NCBI GenBank assembly: GCA_050942825.1 | Contig: JBMNOA010000003.1 | Location: 12 to 64,011 of the forward strand | Direction of reading: 5' to 3' | DNA: 64,000 nucleotides | Origin: Bacillota bacterium | Lineage (GTDB): Bacteria; Bacillota; Dehalobacteriia; UBA4068 | Shown: one piece after another, positions 29,197 through 38,148 of the stretch | Numbering within the stretch: the stretch's first letter is position 1 | How the letters are laid out: each line of letters starts with the position of its first letter | Notes under the pieces: model-generated | The model's database searches: none | What the model was told of the DNA's origin: nothing | What the model saw: the letters and a program-made list of their open reading frames with translations, nothing else | Program-made: the position numbers and the translations under genes

Positions 29197-29219
29197 TATT
29201 ACTCACTCCTTCATCAAGT

Positions 29220-29993
29220 TTAGCCAGACATCTGTTCTAAAACACCAATAATCTCTTTAAACATTTGATCCAGCATAGAATCGAAAAAGCCGAAGACCCC
29301 CGGCAGAACGAAAACCAGTAAAATCAGTCCTACCAGCAACTTAAGCTGCAAACCGACCATAAAAACATTGATTTGAGGAACAGTGCGCATTAAGAGGCCC
29401 AAGCCCATTTCCGTAACTAATTCAATAGCGATAATCGGCAGTGCCAATTTTAAAGCTAAAGCAAGGATTTGGGAAAAAATCAAAGTCAGATATTGCCAAG
29501 CCTCAGGATTGAAAAATTCCGGGCCGAGCGGGAGTATATCAAAGGAATAAAAAATAATCTTTATCAAAGTAAGGTGGCCGTTTACAACAAAAAAAGAAAT
29601 GATAAAAAAAAGATTGAAGATACTGCCGGTGATAGGCATAGATACATTGCTCTGGGGATCATATATTTTACCCATACCTACCCCTAGCTGCAAATCTATA
29701 AATTCGCCTGCCATCAGCACCACGGATAAAAAAAGTTGCATGATAACTCCACAGCAAAAGCCGATAAATAGTTCTTTCAAGCAGGCTACGATAAACATTA
29801 GGTTACTGCTAAAGCTTAGCTGTGTAAGATCCAAAGAAGCGGTGAGAATAACCGCACAGAAAAAGGCCAGTCCAATTTTAATATAGGGTGAAACGCTTCT
29901 GCGGGTAAGAAAAGGATTAAAAAGGATCATACCGGTCATCCGAGCAAAAATCATCAAAAAAATCATATATTGCTCAGAAATCATTTCCCACAT
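29220..29993 (-). CDS. fliR: flagellar biosynthetic protein FliR
   Basis: 257-aa polytopic membrane protein with FliR-family similarity, positioned between fliQ and flhB. Confidence 0.88.
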   Translation of the reverse strand: MWEMISEQYMIFLMIFARMTGMILFNPFLTRRSVSPYIKIGLAFFCAVILTASLDLTQLSFSSNLMFIVACLKELFIGFCCGVIMQLFLSVVLMAGEFIDLQLGVGMGKIYDPQSNVSMPITGSIFNLFFIISFFVVNGHLTLIKIIFYSFDILPLGPEFFNPEAWQYLTLIFSQILALALKLALPIIAIELVTEMGLGLLMRTVPQINVFMVGLQLKLLVGLILLVFVLPGVFGFFDSMLDQMFKEIIGVLEQMSG

Positions 29994-30063
29994 AGAATGT
30001 TTTATCCTTTACAAATTAATTGACAGTGTGTTACTCATTTAAGGCGTTATTACCGAAATACTA

Positions 30064-30330
30064 TTAAAATAGTGAATTCATAAATACAAAAATATTTTGC
30101 GTAAAATTAAGCATTATATTAATGATCCATGATCCTAAAAAAAGGATTATCAGCCCGGTGGCAATGATTTTGGGCACAAAAACTATGCTTTGTTCATGGA
30201 TTTGTGTGGCTGCCTGTAAGACCGAAACTATCAAGCCAATAACCAAACTGATGATGAGGAAGGGGGCAGATACCATCAGCCCGGTTATAACCGCTTCTCT
30301 GGCTATGGTCAACAAATCTCCTTGGAGCAT
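30064..30330 (-). CDS. fliQ: flagellar biosynthetic protein FliQ
   Basis: 88 aa with two TM helices (GLMVSAPFLIISLVIGLIVSVLQAATQIHEQS). Confidence 0.9.
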   Translation of the reverse strand: MLQGDLLTIAREAVITGLMVSAPFLIISLVIGLIVSVLQAATQIHEQSIVFVPKIIATGLIILFLGSWIINIMLNFTQNIFVFMNSLF

Positions 30331-30351
30331 AATATAGGCCTCCTTAATGTA

Positions 30352-31101
30352 TTAATTAAAGCTCATGATCAAACTTTTTATTGTCAGTCCCCAACCGTCT
30401 ACTAGCACAAATAACATAATTTTAAAAGGCAGGGAAATCATTACCGGGGGAACCATCATCATACCCATGGACATCAGTACGCTGGCTACCACCATATCTA
30501 TGACAATAAAGGGCAAGAAAATCATGAAACCAATGGTAAAGGCCCTCTTAAGCTCGCTGGTGATAAAAGCCGGAATAATAACTCGCATTTTTATTTCATC
30601 AAGAGATTGTGGCTGCTCCTCATGAGAGAGATTGAGAAAAAGTTTTAGGTCATTGTTATTGGTTTGCTTCATCATGAATTCGCGCAATGGCACGGTAGCT
30701 TTTTCGATAGCTTCTCTTTGATCTATTACTCCTTGAGTATATGGTATGTAGGCTTCTTTATTGATTTCTTCAATTACTGGGGACATAATGAACAAACTAA
30801 GGAATAATGCCAAACCTATCAGAACCTGATTAGGAGGCGTTTGCTGCAGACCCAGGGCATTTCTGATAAAAGATAAAACAATGATTATCCTGGTGAAGGA
30901 CGTCATCATGATAAGGATAGAAGGAGCTAGCGCCAGTACGGTCACCATCATTAGCAGGCGGATGCTGTCGGAGCCGCCTTCCCCCCCACCGATATTAAGG
31001 GAAACTGAGGGAAAAATATCTCCGGAAGTGGCCCAAGCGCTAGAGGGTAAAAGTAATATTAAGGCAATTACTAAAATGAGGAATAATAATCCCCTTTTCA
31101 T
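30352..31101 (-). CDS. fliP: flagellar biosynthetic protein FliP
   Basis: Signal peptide plus FliP core (FTRIIIVLSFIRNALG...PFKIMLFVLVDGW). Confidence 0.92.
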   Translation of the reverse strand: MKRGLLFLILVIALILLLPSSAWATSGDIFPSVSLNIGGGEGGSDSIRLLMMVTVLALAPSILIMMTSFTRIIIVLSFIRNALGLQQTPPNQVLIGLALFLSLFIMSPVIEEINKEAYIPYTQGVIDQREAIEKATVPLREFMMKQTNNNDLKLFLNLSHEEQPQSLDEIKMRVIIPAFITSELKRAFTIGFMIFLPFIVIDMVVASVLMSMGMMMVPPVMISLPFKIMLFVLVDGWGLTIKSLIMSFN

Positions 31102-31565
31102 AGCTTGTTCCTATCGTGTTTATCATTTTTATCACGAAGGTATCCTTTTAAGAAACCCCCAAAAAAATTGCGCTTTTTAGCCAGATCTGTTTTATCTTGA
31201 TGTAGACCCTTAAACAGTCCTCCAAGAGGAGGTTGTTTTTTTATCATATCCGCCAATATCTGAGAAAATTCCGCCTGATTTCTTTCTATTACAGGCAATT
31301 CTTTTACCTGATCATGCGCTAATACGCTGATAGTTTCCACTCCCTTGGCGCTGACCGCCAAAAAGTAGATCTTGTCCGACATTTCTACCAGCACGAGACT
31401 TTTATCTTGGCCCAGAGCTACTCTTTCCATGATCTTCATATATTTGCCGCTGCAAATGCGGCGGTATTTTTTCGAAAGCCATTTGGTACCCCAATAAGCC
31501 AGGAAAATTACTAATATTACGCCAAAAAAGGGCATTATTAAATTTGATAAAACGCTATCTGTCAT
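31098..31565 (-). CDS. fliO: flagellar biosynthetic protein FliO (FliZ of Bacillus)
   Basis: Single N-terminal TM and a basic C-terminus. Overlaps the fliP start by 4 nt, in the fliO position. Confidence 0.65.
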   Translation of the reverse strand: MTDSVLSNLIMPFFGVILVIFLAYWGTKWLSKKYRRICSGKYMKIMERVALGQDKSLVLVEMSDKIYFLAVSAKGVETISVLAHDQVKELPVIERNQAEFSQILADMIKKQPPLGGLFKGLHQDKTDLAKKRNFFGGFLKGYLRDKNDKHDRNKL

Positions 31566-31593
31566 AAATGAAGCAACCTTCCTTTTGCCGGTG

Positions 31594-32802
31594 TTAATTG
31601 AGTTGTTTGGCTATATCTTTGCGGGAGAGGATTTCGGTAATCCTGATGCCGAAATTATCATCGATAACCACGATATCCCCTTTGGCTATCAACTGTCCGT
31701 TAATTATGATATCAGCAGGGTCTCCCGCTTGCCTGTCCAGCTCTATGATGGAGCCATGGCGGATTTCAAGGATATTTTTTACCGGCAGTCTTGTTTTGCC
31801 GATTTCCACAGATACTTCCAGGGGTACACCCATAATGAGATTAAAATTATCCTGATTATCATCGGGCGATTCTGGTTCTTTTTCTTCATCGAAATTAGTC
31901 GGCTTGAACATTTGTACGCTTACGGGTTGCTGAGCCGCCGCCCGAGAAGAGTTGTAGTTCCCGGGACGATTTACATCTATTCCCGGAGTTGCTGCATGCT
32001 CTAATGACTGTTCTGGAGGTGACTGGGGAGAGGCGGGCTCCATAGTTGCCGTAATTTGTGAAGATGAACTGGGGGGTGGAGGTAGTTCTTGGGTAGAAGA
32101 AGGTTCGGTAGGAAGGTTGTCATTCTGGGAGATATCATCTATAAAGTTCATTACATTGGCCACCAGTTCTTTAGTAAAATCGATGGGCATTAAAGTCACG
32201 AACTCGCTGTCGAGGATTCCCTCTACCTGCAAAACAAACATCACGGATACAACATATTCATGATGATTACCCTTTTCAATTATTTGCTTGATGTTATTAG
32301 GTTCAAATTGTTCTGGTGTAGAGATGTTGATTTTTTTGCCAAAAAAGCTGGCCAGCGCAGTACTTGAGGCTCCCATCATCTGATTCATAATCTCACTGAT
32401 GGCGCTGATTTGAATCTCATCCAGCTCACTTTCTGTGCCGTCTCCAACTTCGCCATTAATCAGCAGATTAACGATAGTTCTGATATCGCGCCGCTTCATT
32501 ACCATGAAATTAGAGCCGTTTAAGCCTTCGATGTATTTAATTTCTATACCTATGGCCGGTTCGAAGTTTGAGATTTCCAGCTCAGTGGATTTTACTATCG
32601 AAACCCTGGGCGTAGTTATGGTTACCCTCTGATTTAAGAGGGTAGATACAGCAGTAGCAGCTGAACCCATGCTAATATTAAGTATCTCGCCAATCGTATC
32701 GCTTTCAATACTGCTCAAGCTCAATGGCATCGTGTTAATAAATTCAGCTTTCTGATCTGTTATTTCAATGTCTACCATTAGAACAGCCCCTTTTTTACAC
32801 AA
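31594..32802 (-). CDS. fliY: flagellar motor switch phosphatase FliY (CheC-like domains fused to a C-terminal FliN/SpoA domain); alternative start at 32778
   Basis: CheC-like repeats (ILNISMGSAATA...; IMNQMMGASSTA...) plus a C-terminal FliN domain (LEVSVEIGKTRLPVKNILEIRHGSIIELD). Confidence 0.88.
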   Translation of the reverse strand: MCKKGAVLMVDIEITDQKAEFINTMPLSLSSIESDTIGEILNISMGSAATAVSTLLNQRVTITTPRVSIVKSTELEISNFEPAIGIEIKYIEGLNGSNFMVMKRRDIRTIVNLLINGEVGDGTESELDEIQISAISEIMNQMMGASSTALASFFGKKINISTPEQFEPNNIKQIIEKGNHHEYVVSVMFVLQVEGILDSEFVTLMPIDFTKELVANVMNFIDDISQNDNLPTEPSSTQELPPPPSSSSQITATMEPASPQSPPEQSLEHAATPGIDVNRPGNYNSSRAAAQQPVSVQMFKPTNFDEEKEPESPDDNQDNFNLIMGVPLEVSVEIGKTRLPVKNILEIRHGSIIELDRQAGDPADIIINGQLIAKGDIVVIDDNFGIRITEILSRKDIAKQLN

Positions 32803-33763
32803 TTTTACTTATTTTAACAACCTTTTTGTTTTTTCTTATACCGGGTATACCGTAAAACCAGGCTTTGTCACAGATATTTATTTTGATCTCGCTTCCTACG
32901 GTTTGGTCAAATTTAATCACATCACCGATTTGCAGATTCAAAATATCATTGAGGGTAAGTGTTGTTTCCCCGAAAATTGCATTAGCCTCCAGTGGAGCAG
33001 ATTTTACATGTGTGATCATGGTATCTTTCATTTCTTCTTCATATTTACTATCACTGCTTCTTTTGGCAGTATATTTGTTTTGAATCAATTGTTCTATAAT
33101 GGCTTCCAGCTTGATGCAGGGTAGGCAGAAGGTAATGGTTCCTTTAGCGTTTTCTATGCTTACATCCATCACAATGATGACCACGATTTCATCCATAGCC
33201 ATCGCTTGAACTAGTCGGGCATTGCTTTCAATCTCTTTCAAGGTGCATTTTACATTCATCTGGCTGGGCCAAGCATCTGTTGAGGCTATAGCTATTTGGT
33301 TAAATATCCGCTCCAAGAGAGAAATCTCGATTTCTGTAAATTCTCTGTTGGGTGGTGTGCCTTCCCCACTGCCTCCTAAAAGCCTTTCCAGCAAAGAGAA
33401 AGAAATGCTGTTCGAAAGATCTACCAACACCTCGCCCTCCAATGGCGGATGATCGAATACTCCGATGAGAATGGAATCGGGCAGGGCATTATTGTATTCA
33501 TAGTAGGGAAGTTCCTCTACAGAAGCGATATTAATTTCACAAAAAGCCCGGAGGATGCCGGAAAAATATGAGGAAAGGTATCTGGCAAAGTTTTCATATA
33601 TCCCCATCAGTACCTTGGTTTGTTCTTTAGAAAACTTTTTAGGACTTTTGAAATCATAAACCTTGACTTTGTTTTTGTTTTCCTCAATATGTAAATCAAC
33701 GCTGCCGGCAGAAAAGCTGTCTAATATAGCATCTATTTCGCTTTGTGACAAAACATCCGACAT
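32795..33763 (-). CDS. fliM: flagellar motor switch protein FliM
   Basis: N-terminal CheY-binding motif LSQSEIDAIL and a FliM middle domain, 322 aa. Confidence 0.92.
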   Translation of the reverse strand: MSDVLSQSEIDAILDSFSAGSVDLHIEENKNKVKVYDFKSPKKFSKEQTKVLMGIYENFARYLSSYFSGILRAFCEINIASVEELPYYEYNNALPDSILIGVFDHPPLEGEVLVDLSNSISFSLLERLLGGSGEGTPPNREFTEIEISLLERIFNQIAIASTDAWPSQMNVKCTLKEIESNARLVQAMAMDEIVVIIVMDVSIENAKGTITFCLPCIKLEAIIEQLIQNKYTAKRSSDSKYEEEMKDTMITHVKSAPLEANAIFGETTLTLNDILNLQIGDVIKFDQTVGSEIKINICDKAWFYGIPGIRKNKKVVKISKIV

Positions 33764-33796
33764 AGAACATCCTTCTTCCTTTCCTTTTGTTTGTGC

Positions 33797-33997
33797 TTAT
33801 GATAATTTTTTGCCAAAGGTATTTATGTTCATATAATAATCAGTCATAATTTTGCTTACTTCTTCTGCGCTTTCCATTACATAATACTTTCTGCCGCTGA
33901 GCATGGAAATAAGGGTGTCCGGAGTTTTTTCTGCAATTTCGACTAGATTAGGGTTAATGAAGATATCTTCATTATTCATTTTGGTCAATTTTATCAT
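33797..33997 (-). CDS. flbD: flagellar protein FlbD
   Basis: 66 aa (MIKLTKMNNEDIFINPNLVEIAEKTPDTLISMLSGRKYYV), the canonical FlbD sequence. Confidence 0.85.
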   Translation of the reverse strand: MIKLTKMNNEDIFINPNLVEIAEKTPDTLISMLSGRKYYVMESAEEVSKIMTDYYMNINTFGKKLS

Positions 33998-34055
33998 TGT
34001 CCGGTTCCTTTCTTGTATGGGGCCGCAGAGACTACGGCCCCTGTTAACAGCTTAT

Positions 34056-34976
34056 CTATCTTTTCAGACCAACAAGTTCCTGAAGAATTTCATCTGAAGT
34101 GGTTATGACCCTGGAATTGGCTTGAAGGCCTCTCTGGGCCATAATCATATCGGTGAATTGCTTGGAAAGGTCAACATTAGACATTTCTAATCCGCAGGTT
34201 TTCAAGGCTCCGGCTGCAATACTGTTAGGTGCATTGATTACAGCATTGCCGGAATTGGAGGTGGAAGACATATACAAATTGCCTTGTTGGGAGAGGCCAT
34301 TAGCATTAGCAAAGGTAGCCAAGGCGATTTGAGCCAATGTTGTGATTTGGCCAGTGGTATTATTGATACCGGTGATTTTACCGTCCGGCCCGATGGTAAC
34401 GTTGGAATAATTGTTGCGGTCGATTTGAATATTTCTTAAGTTAGCTAAAGCCAGTGGCTCGCCATAAATACTATCGCTGTCCAAATTCTCAGCTCCTGAT
34501 TCCGATTCGGGAGTTAAAACTCCTGTGGAGGAGTCTATGGTATATTTGATACTGGCTCCCCGCACATGATTACCTTGGGCATCAACCAGGTAGCCCATGG
34601 AATCAAAATTGAAATTGCCTACCCGGGTATAGTAAACATTATTCGCATCATTGCCGACAATAAAATAACCTTCACCGGAGATATATAAATCTTCTGATCG
34701 GTCGGTTTGCATAAACCCACCTTGGGTATTAAGAACATCAATAGTAGAAACCTGAGCACCGTAACCAACTTGGCTGGGGTTGGTGCCACCGGTAGAACCG
34801 TCAGTGCTATTGGGTGCGGCAGCGGAATTAAGGGTTTGATAAAAAACATCGGTAAATATCACCCGGCTATTTTTAAAACCAACTGTATTGACATTAGCAA
34901 TATTATTAGCGATGACATCCATCATGGTTTGATGTCCTCTAATACCAGTAATGCCTGAAAACATAGATTTAATCAT
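34056..34976 (-). CDS. flgE: flagellar hook protein FlgE
   Basis: Rod/hook N-terminus (MDVIANNIANVNTVGFK) and C-terminal LQANSRVITTSDEILQELV. Start at the ATG at 34976, preceded by AAAGGAGAGAAAGAA. Confidence 0.85.
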   Translation of the reverse strand: MIKSMFSGITGIRGHQTMMDVIANNIANVNTVGFKNSRVIFTDVFYQTLNSAAAPNSTDGSTGGTNPSQVGYGAQVSTIDVLNTQGGFMQTDRSEDLYISGEGYFIVGNDANNVYYTRVGNFNFDSMGYLVDAQGNHVRGASIKYTIDSSTGVLTPESESGAENLDSDSIYGEPLALANLRNIQIDRNNYSNVTIGPDGKITGINNTTGQITTLAQIALATFANANGLSQQGNLYMSSTSNSGNAVINAPNSIAAGALKTCGLEMSNVDLSKQFTDMIMAQRGLQANSRVITTSDEILQELVGLKR

Positions 34977-35055
34977 TTCTTTCTCTCCTTTTTTTGGTAG
35001 CCGCCGGGAATCCCCGAAATAATCGAGATTCCTAAGCCTCCTCATAAAGGTCCAG

Positions 35056-35445
35056 CTATGCTATGACGGCTCCATCAATTTGTGTAAAAACATTTTCTTT
35101 CATATCGTTGCCATCCATGGCGGTGATAACGGTGCTGCTGGGCACATTGACAATAAAAGCTCTGTTTTCCATCAAAATCAGTGTATTGTTGATGCCTTTT
35201 TCTCCCGCTCTATAAGTTGCCTGATTGAGTTTTTGCAGTTCCAGCGGGGAAAGTGTAATGCTTCTTTGTTGCAGTCTTTGTTCAGCATGTTTAGAAAAAA
35301 TTAGCTCATGGGTGTGTAGACTATTGTGCAAAATATCCTTAAAAGAGCTACTCTGAACGTTTGCTGCAGATGGTATCTGAGTGTTTTGCTTCGCGCCCTT
35401 TTGAATTATCTCTCCATATTGCAGAAGACGATTATCGATGCGCAT
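35056..35445 (-). CDS. flagellar operon protein of unknown function (TIGR02530-like, between flgD and flgE)
   Basis: 129-aa ORF in the conserved position of the small 'flagellar operon protein' found in Clostridia and Bacilli. Confidence 0.5.
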   Translation of the reverse strand: MRIDNRLLQYGEIIQKGAKQNTQIPSAANVQSSSFKDILHNSLHTHELIFSKHAEQRLQQRSITLSPLELQKLNQATYRAGEKGINNTLILMENRAFIVNVPSSTVITAMDGNDMKENVFTQIDGAVIA

Positions 35446-35456
35446 ATTATTTCCTC

Positions 35457-35990
35457 CTACTCTTGGCTAGTTGAGGTATCGCTGTCTTCAGCTTCCTCAA
35501 TAGGCGTGCTATCGCTAGTTTCCTCATCTTCGTCGGCTACGATATCACCGTCCTCGGTTTCTTCAACGGGTAAAGGTATAATTGGTTCTGCATCTTTTAC
35601 CAGATACACAGAGTCTATCTCATAATAACCTTCTCCTACGCCCAGAAAAGGCACACCCTCATGATAGATTACCTTATCTACTAAGCCATTAACATTGATA
35701 TAGGTTCCAGTGGCATCTTGAACACTCAAGCTGACGTTTTTGCCGATCAAGCTGAGAGCCTGCAGATTTTCAAAAGAATTCACCAGCTCCTGCATTTGAG
35801 TAAGGGTGGAAAATTGTGCCATTTGTGCCATGTACTGAGTATTATCTACTGGATCGAAGATATTCTGATTTTTTAGTTGGGCAGCAAAAAGCTGAAAAAA
35901 ATCATCCATATCTAAAGTAGAATTGTTATTTTTACTGTTGCGGTTGCTGATATTGATATTTGTGACATCATAATCGGTTGAAACTACCAT
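35457..35990 (-). CDS. flgD: flagellar hook capping/assembly protein FlgD, with an acidic C-terminal tail
   Basis: N-terminal FlgD motif (LDMDDFFQLFAAQLKNQNIFDPVDNTQYMAQMAQFSTL) followed by a roughly 35-aa D/E/S/T-rich tail. Confidence 0.85.
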   Translation of the reverse strand: MVVSTDYDVTNINISNRNSKNNNSTLDMDDFFQLFAAQLKNQNIFDPVDNTQYMAQMAQFSTLTQMQELVNSFENLQALSLIGKNVSLSVQDATGTYINVNGLVDKVIYHEGVPFLGVGEGYYEIDSVYLVKDAEPIIPLPVEETEDGDIVADEDEETSDSTPIEEAEDSDTSTSQE

Positions 35991-36036
35991 ATTTTCCTCC
36001 TTTGCCTTTACTTAATCCGAATAATTGCAAGGTAGG

Positions 36037-37581
36037 TCAAGCTATGCAATTCAAAAGTCCTAAGCGTGTTCTTATTGCCTCCGCATCATGATCTTGTTGG
36101 CCTATTTCTTCAAAAGGCAGATAATAAGGCCGGGTTTTTTGAGGGTTTTTATCCATAGTCCCCGAATATTGCTCTTGCAAATTATAGTAGCTTTGCTGAT
36201 TACCTTCATTTGTGCTGACGTTAAATCCGGTCACTTCATAATTTTTGGCCTCTAAGGCAGCTCTTAATTCCCCGGCCTGGCCTTCCAAAAGTTTTTGCGT
36301 GGATAATACACTGGTGATAATTTCCAGGGTTACCTTACTTTCTTTGCAGATCAGATTTACCGTTATCTCCCCCAAGCCATCCGGCAAGAGTTTGAGCTTA
36401 AAGCTTGTACTACCTTCGGGGATAATTTGAGGTAGTTTTTCTGTGATTTGCAGGAAAGTTTTAGTCTGCTGTATCAAGGAGGGTTGGTCTCCTTTTGGGG
36501 CTGGAGCGTCAGGAGCTTCTGTGGTTTGATCAGCATTAAATGTTTGCAGGCTCGAGGTTGGGGCATTAAACTCTGGCATAGATTTAGGATGGACCTCTGC
36601 TTCACCGGCAGTTTCAATTGATTGGTTTTTTTGCCCGGCTGCCAAAAACTGATCAGAAGAAGAATCTGTGTTTTTTGCTTGCTCCTGTCCCTTAGCTTCT
36701 CTGCCTTTGAGATCTGCCTTGATTTCGCCGGCGGATTCCTCATGGTAGATATTGCCCGATATTTCAGGAGAAGTCTCCTTGGCCGATGTTTTAATAATGC
36801 TGATCTCTGCTTGTTGATGATTTGCTGTATCAGCCATTTTATTATTGATAGGAGGCTCTTCTGCTATGGCCTGCTTTTGAAGGGAAAAGTCATTAATTAT
36901 TTCCGGTATACCAGATCCAGAGGTTGGCAGCGCCTTGGATATTTCCAGAGCTGTCTTTTGTATTAAGTTAGGATCAGGCAATTTGCCGCTTTGCTCAGAT
37001 GAAGGGGCAGATCTGCTAATTTGTTCAGGCTGAGGCGGGCTTTTACTGCTTTGCTCAGATGAAGGGGCAGATCTGCTATTTTGTTCAGGCTGAGGCGGGC
37101 TTTTACTGCTTTGCTCAGGTACAGCAGGGGAGCCGTTGATCTGTTCAGGTGGCGGAAGAAATGTGCTGTCTTGTTCAGCCTGTGGGAAAAATGCACTACT
37201 AAGTTTAGGGAAAATAGGTTGTCCTGAAGTCAAGGTTTGCTGTATTAAGCATCTTATACTTGCTTCAGATGGCATTTGTTCGGCTGCTTGTCCACTGGAG
37301 CAGTTTGCTGTCAAGGCTTCTGCATCTACCAAGGGAGCTGAATACATACTAAGTATTATCTGTTCCTGAGCTTGTTTTTCTTGCTGAGGAGTTTGCGGTA
37401 TTTCTTCTGAGGCAGGGTTTTCCTTTGATGGGGCAGTATTGTTGTGGTTTATTCCGGCCAGTACAGATAAAAAAGCTTCTTTACAATTATCAATATTGGC
37501 CTGAGAAGAAAGCTGATCTCTGCCTGGCGGTCCCGGAGAAGATATTGTTACGAGATTAGTGACATTTGTCATCTTTTTCAC
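36037..37581 (-). CDS. fliK: flagellar hook-length control protein FliK (P/Q/S-rich, contains tandem repeats)
   Basis: C-terminal Flg_hook domain (LKLLPDGLGEITVNLICKESKVTLEIITSVLSTQKLLEGQAGELRAALE). Low-complexity central region. Lies in the fliJ-fliK-flgD order. Confidence 0.8.
   Translation of the reverse strand: MKKMTNVTNLVTISSPGPPGRDQLSSQANIDNCKEAFLSVLAGINHNNTAPSKENPASEEIPQTPQQEKQAQEQIILSMYSAPLVDAEALTANCSSGQAAEQMPSEASIRCLIQQTLTSGQPIFPKLSSAFFPQAEQDSTFLPPPEQINGSPAVPEQSSKSPPQPEQNSRSAPSSEQSSKSPPQPEQISRSAPSSEQSGKLPDPNLIQKTALEISKALPTSGSGIPEIINDFSLQKQAIAEEPPINNKMADTANHQQAEISIIKTSAKETSPEISGNIYHEESAGEIKADLKGREAKGQEQAKNTDSSSDQFLAAGQKNQSIETAGEAEVHPKSMPEFNAPTSSLQTFNADQTTEAPDAPAPKGDQPSLIQQTKTFLQITEKLPQIIPEGSTSFKLKLLPDGLGEITVNLICKESKVTLEIITSVLSTQKLLEGQAGELRAALEAKNYEVTGFNVSTNEGNQQSYYNLQEQYSGTMDKNPQKTRPYYLPFEEIGQQDHDAEAIRTRLGLLNCIA
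36989..37155. repeat. 60-bp tandem direct repeat: 2 near-identical copies plus a degenerate third, inside fliK
   Basis: ctttgctcagatgaaggggcagatctgcta(a/t)tttgttcaggctgaggcgggcttttactg at 36989-37048 and 37049-37108 (1 mismatch). A diverged copy follows. Encodes the 20-aa unit SAPSSEQSSKSPPQPEQ(N/I)SR. Confidence 0.9.
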
Positions 37582-37679
37582 CTCCTCTCATAGTCTATTT
37601 GCATTTAATTTCCAAGGATGAAAGTTTTTTTGACGTATATTTGGTAAATCGTTATATAAGCTTAATGATACTTATTTTG

Positions 37680-38135
37680 TTAATAGATCTGATACTTTGA
37701 GGCAAGGTTTGCATTACTTATGAATTCGTCGATAAAAACTTCGTGAATTTTCCTTTGTTCATGTTGATAATCTTCCCAATGCTTTTCTTTAAGCTTATCC
37801 ATGGAATTTTTTTCCTTTGAAATAGCGACTAATTTATTGATTTGCTGTTCTATTTCTTGTTTGCTTTTTTCTATTAAGTTAATAATATGGTTAATCTGTT
37901 CCTGTAGTTCATGGATATAATCCTGAAGCGAGATCAAATCTCTGATTGCTATTCCCTCTGAGCATTTTTGTTCATAATCGCACTGATATTGATTAACTTG
38001 ACCACAAAGTAGTTGCAATTTTTCTTCAAGCTGTTGATGATAAAGTCGCATAGCCTGCAGGGTGTTTTTTTCGCTGTCCTCCATATGAGTTTTGTATTCA
38101 AGTATCTTCTGCATGGAAAATTGGAACTTTTTCAT
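37680..38135 (-). CDS. fliJ: flagellar export protein FliJ
   Basis: 151-aa coiled-coil protein (MKKFQFSMQKILEYKTHMEDSEKNTLQ) immediately after fliI. Confidence 0.8.
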   Translation of the reverse strand: MKKFQFSMQKILEYKTHMEDSEKNTLQAMRLYHQQLEEKLQLLCGQVNQYQCDYEQKCSEGIAIRDLISLQDYIHELQEQINHIINLIEKSKQEIEQQINKLVAISKEKNSMDKLKEKHWEDYQHEQRKIHEVFIDEFISNANLASKYQIY

Positions 38136-38148
38136 AATCCCCTCCCAT

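Noticed and set aside
29203-29205. Considered that the genome uses an alternative genetic code (TGA as sense) to explain the flhB in-frame TGA
   Set aside because: TGA clearly terminates well-conserved genes here (for example spoIID ends ...LTKAY-TGA and fliS ends ...GNIV-TGA), so the standard code applies.
36963-37196. 77-aa minus-strand ORF with an internally repeated peptide
   Set aside because: It is an alternate reading frame of the fliK 60-bp tandem repeat, not an independent gene.
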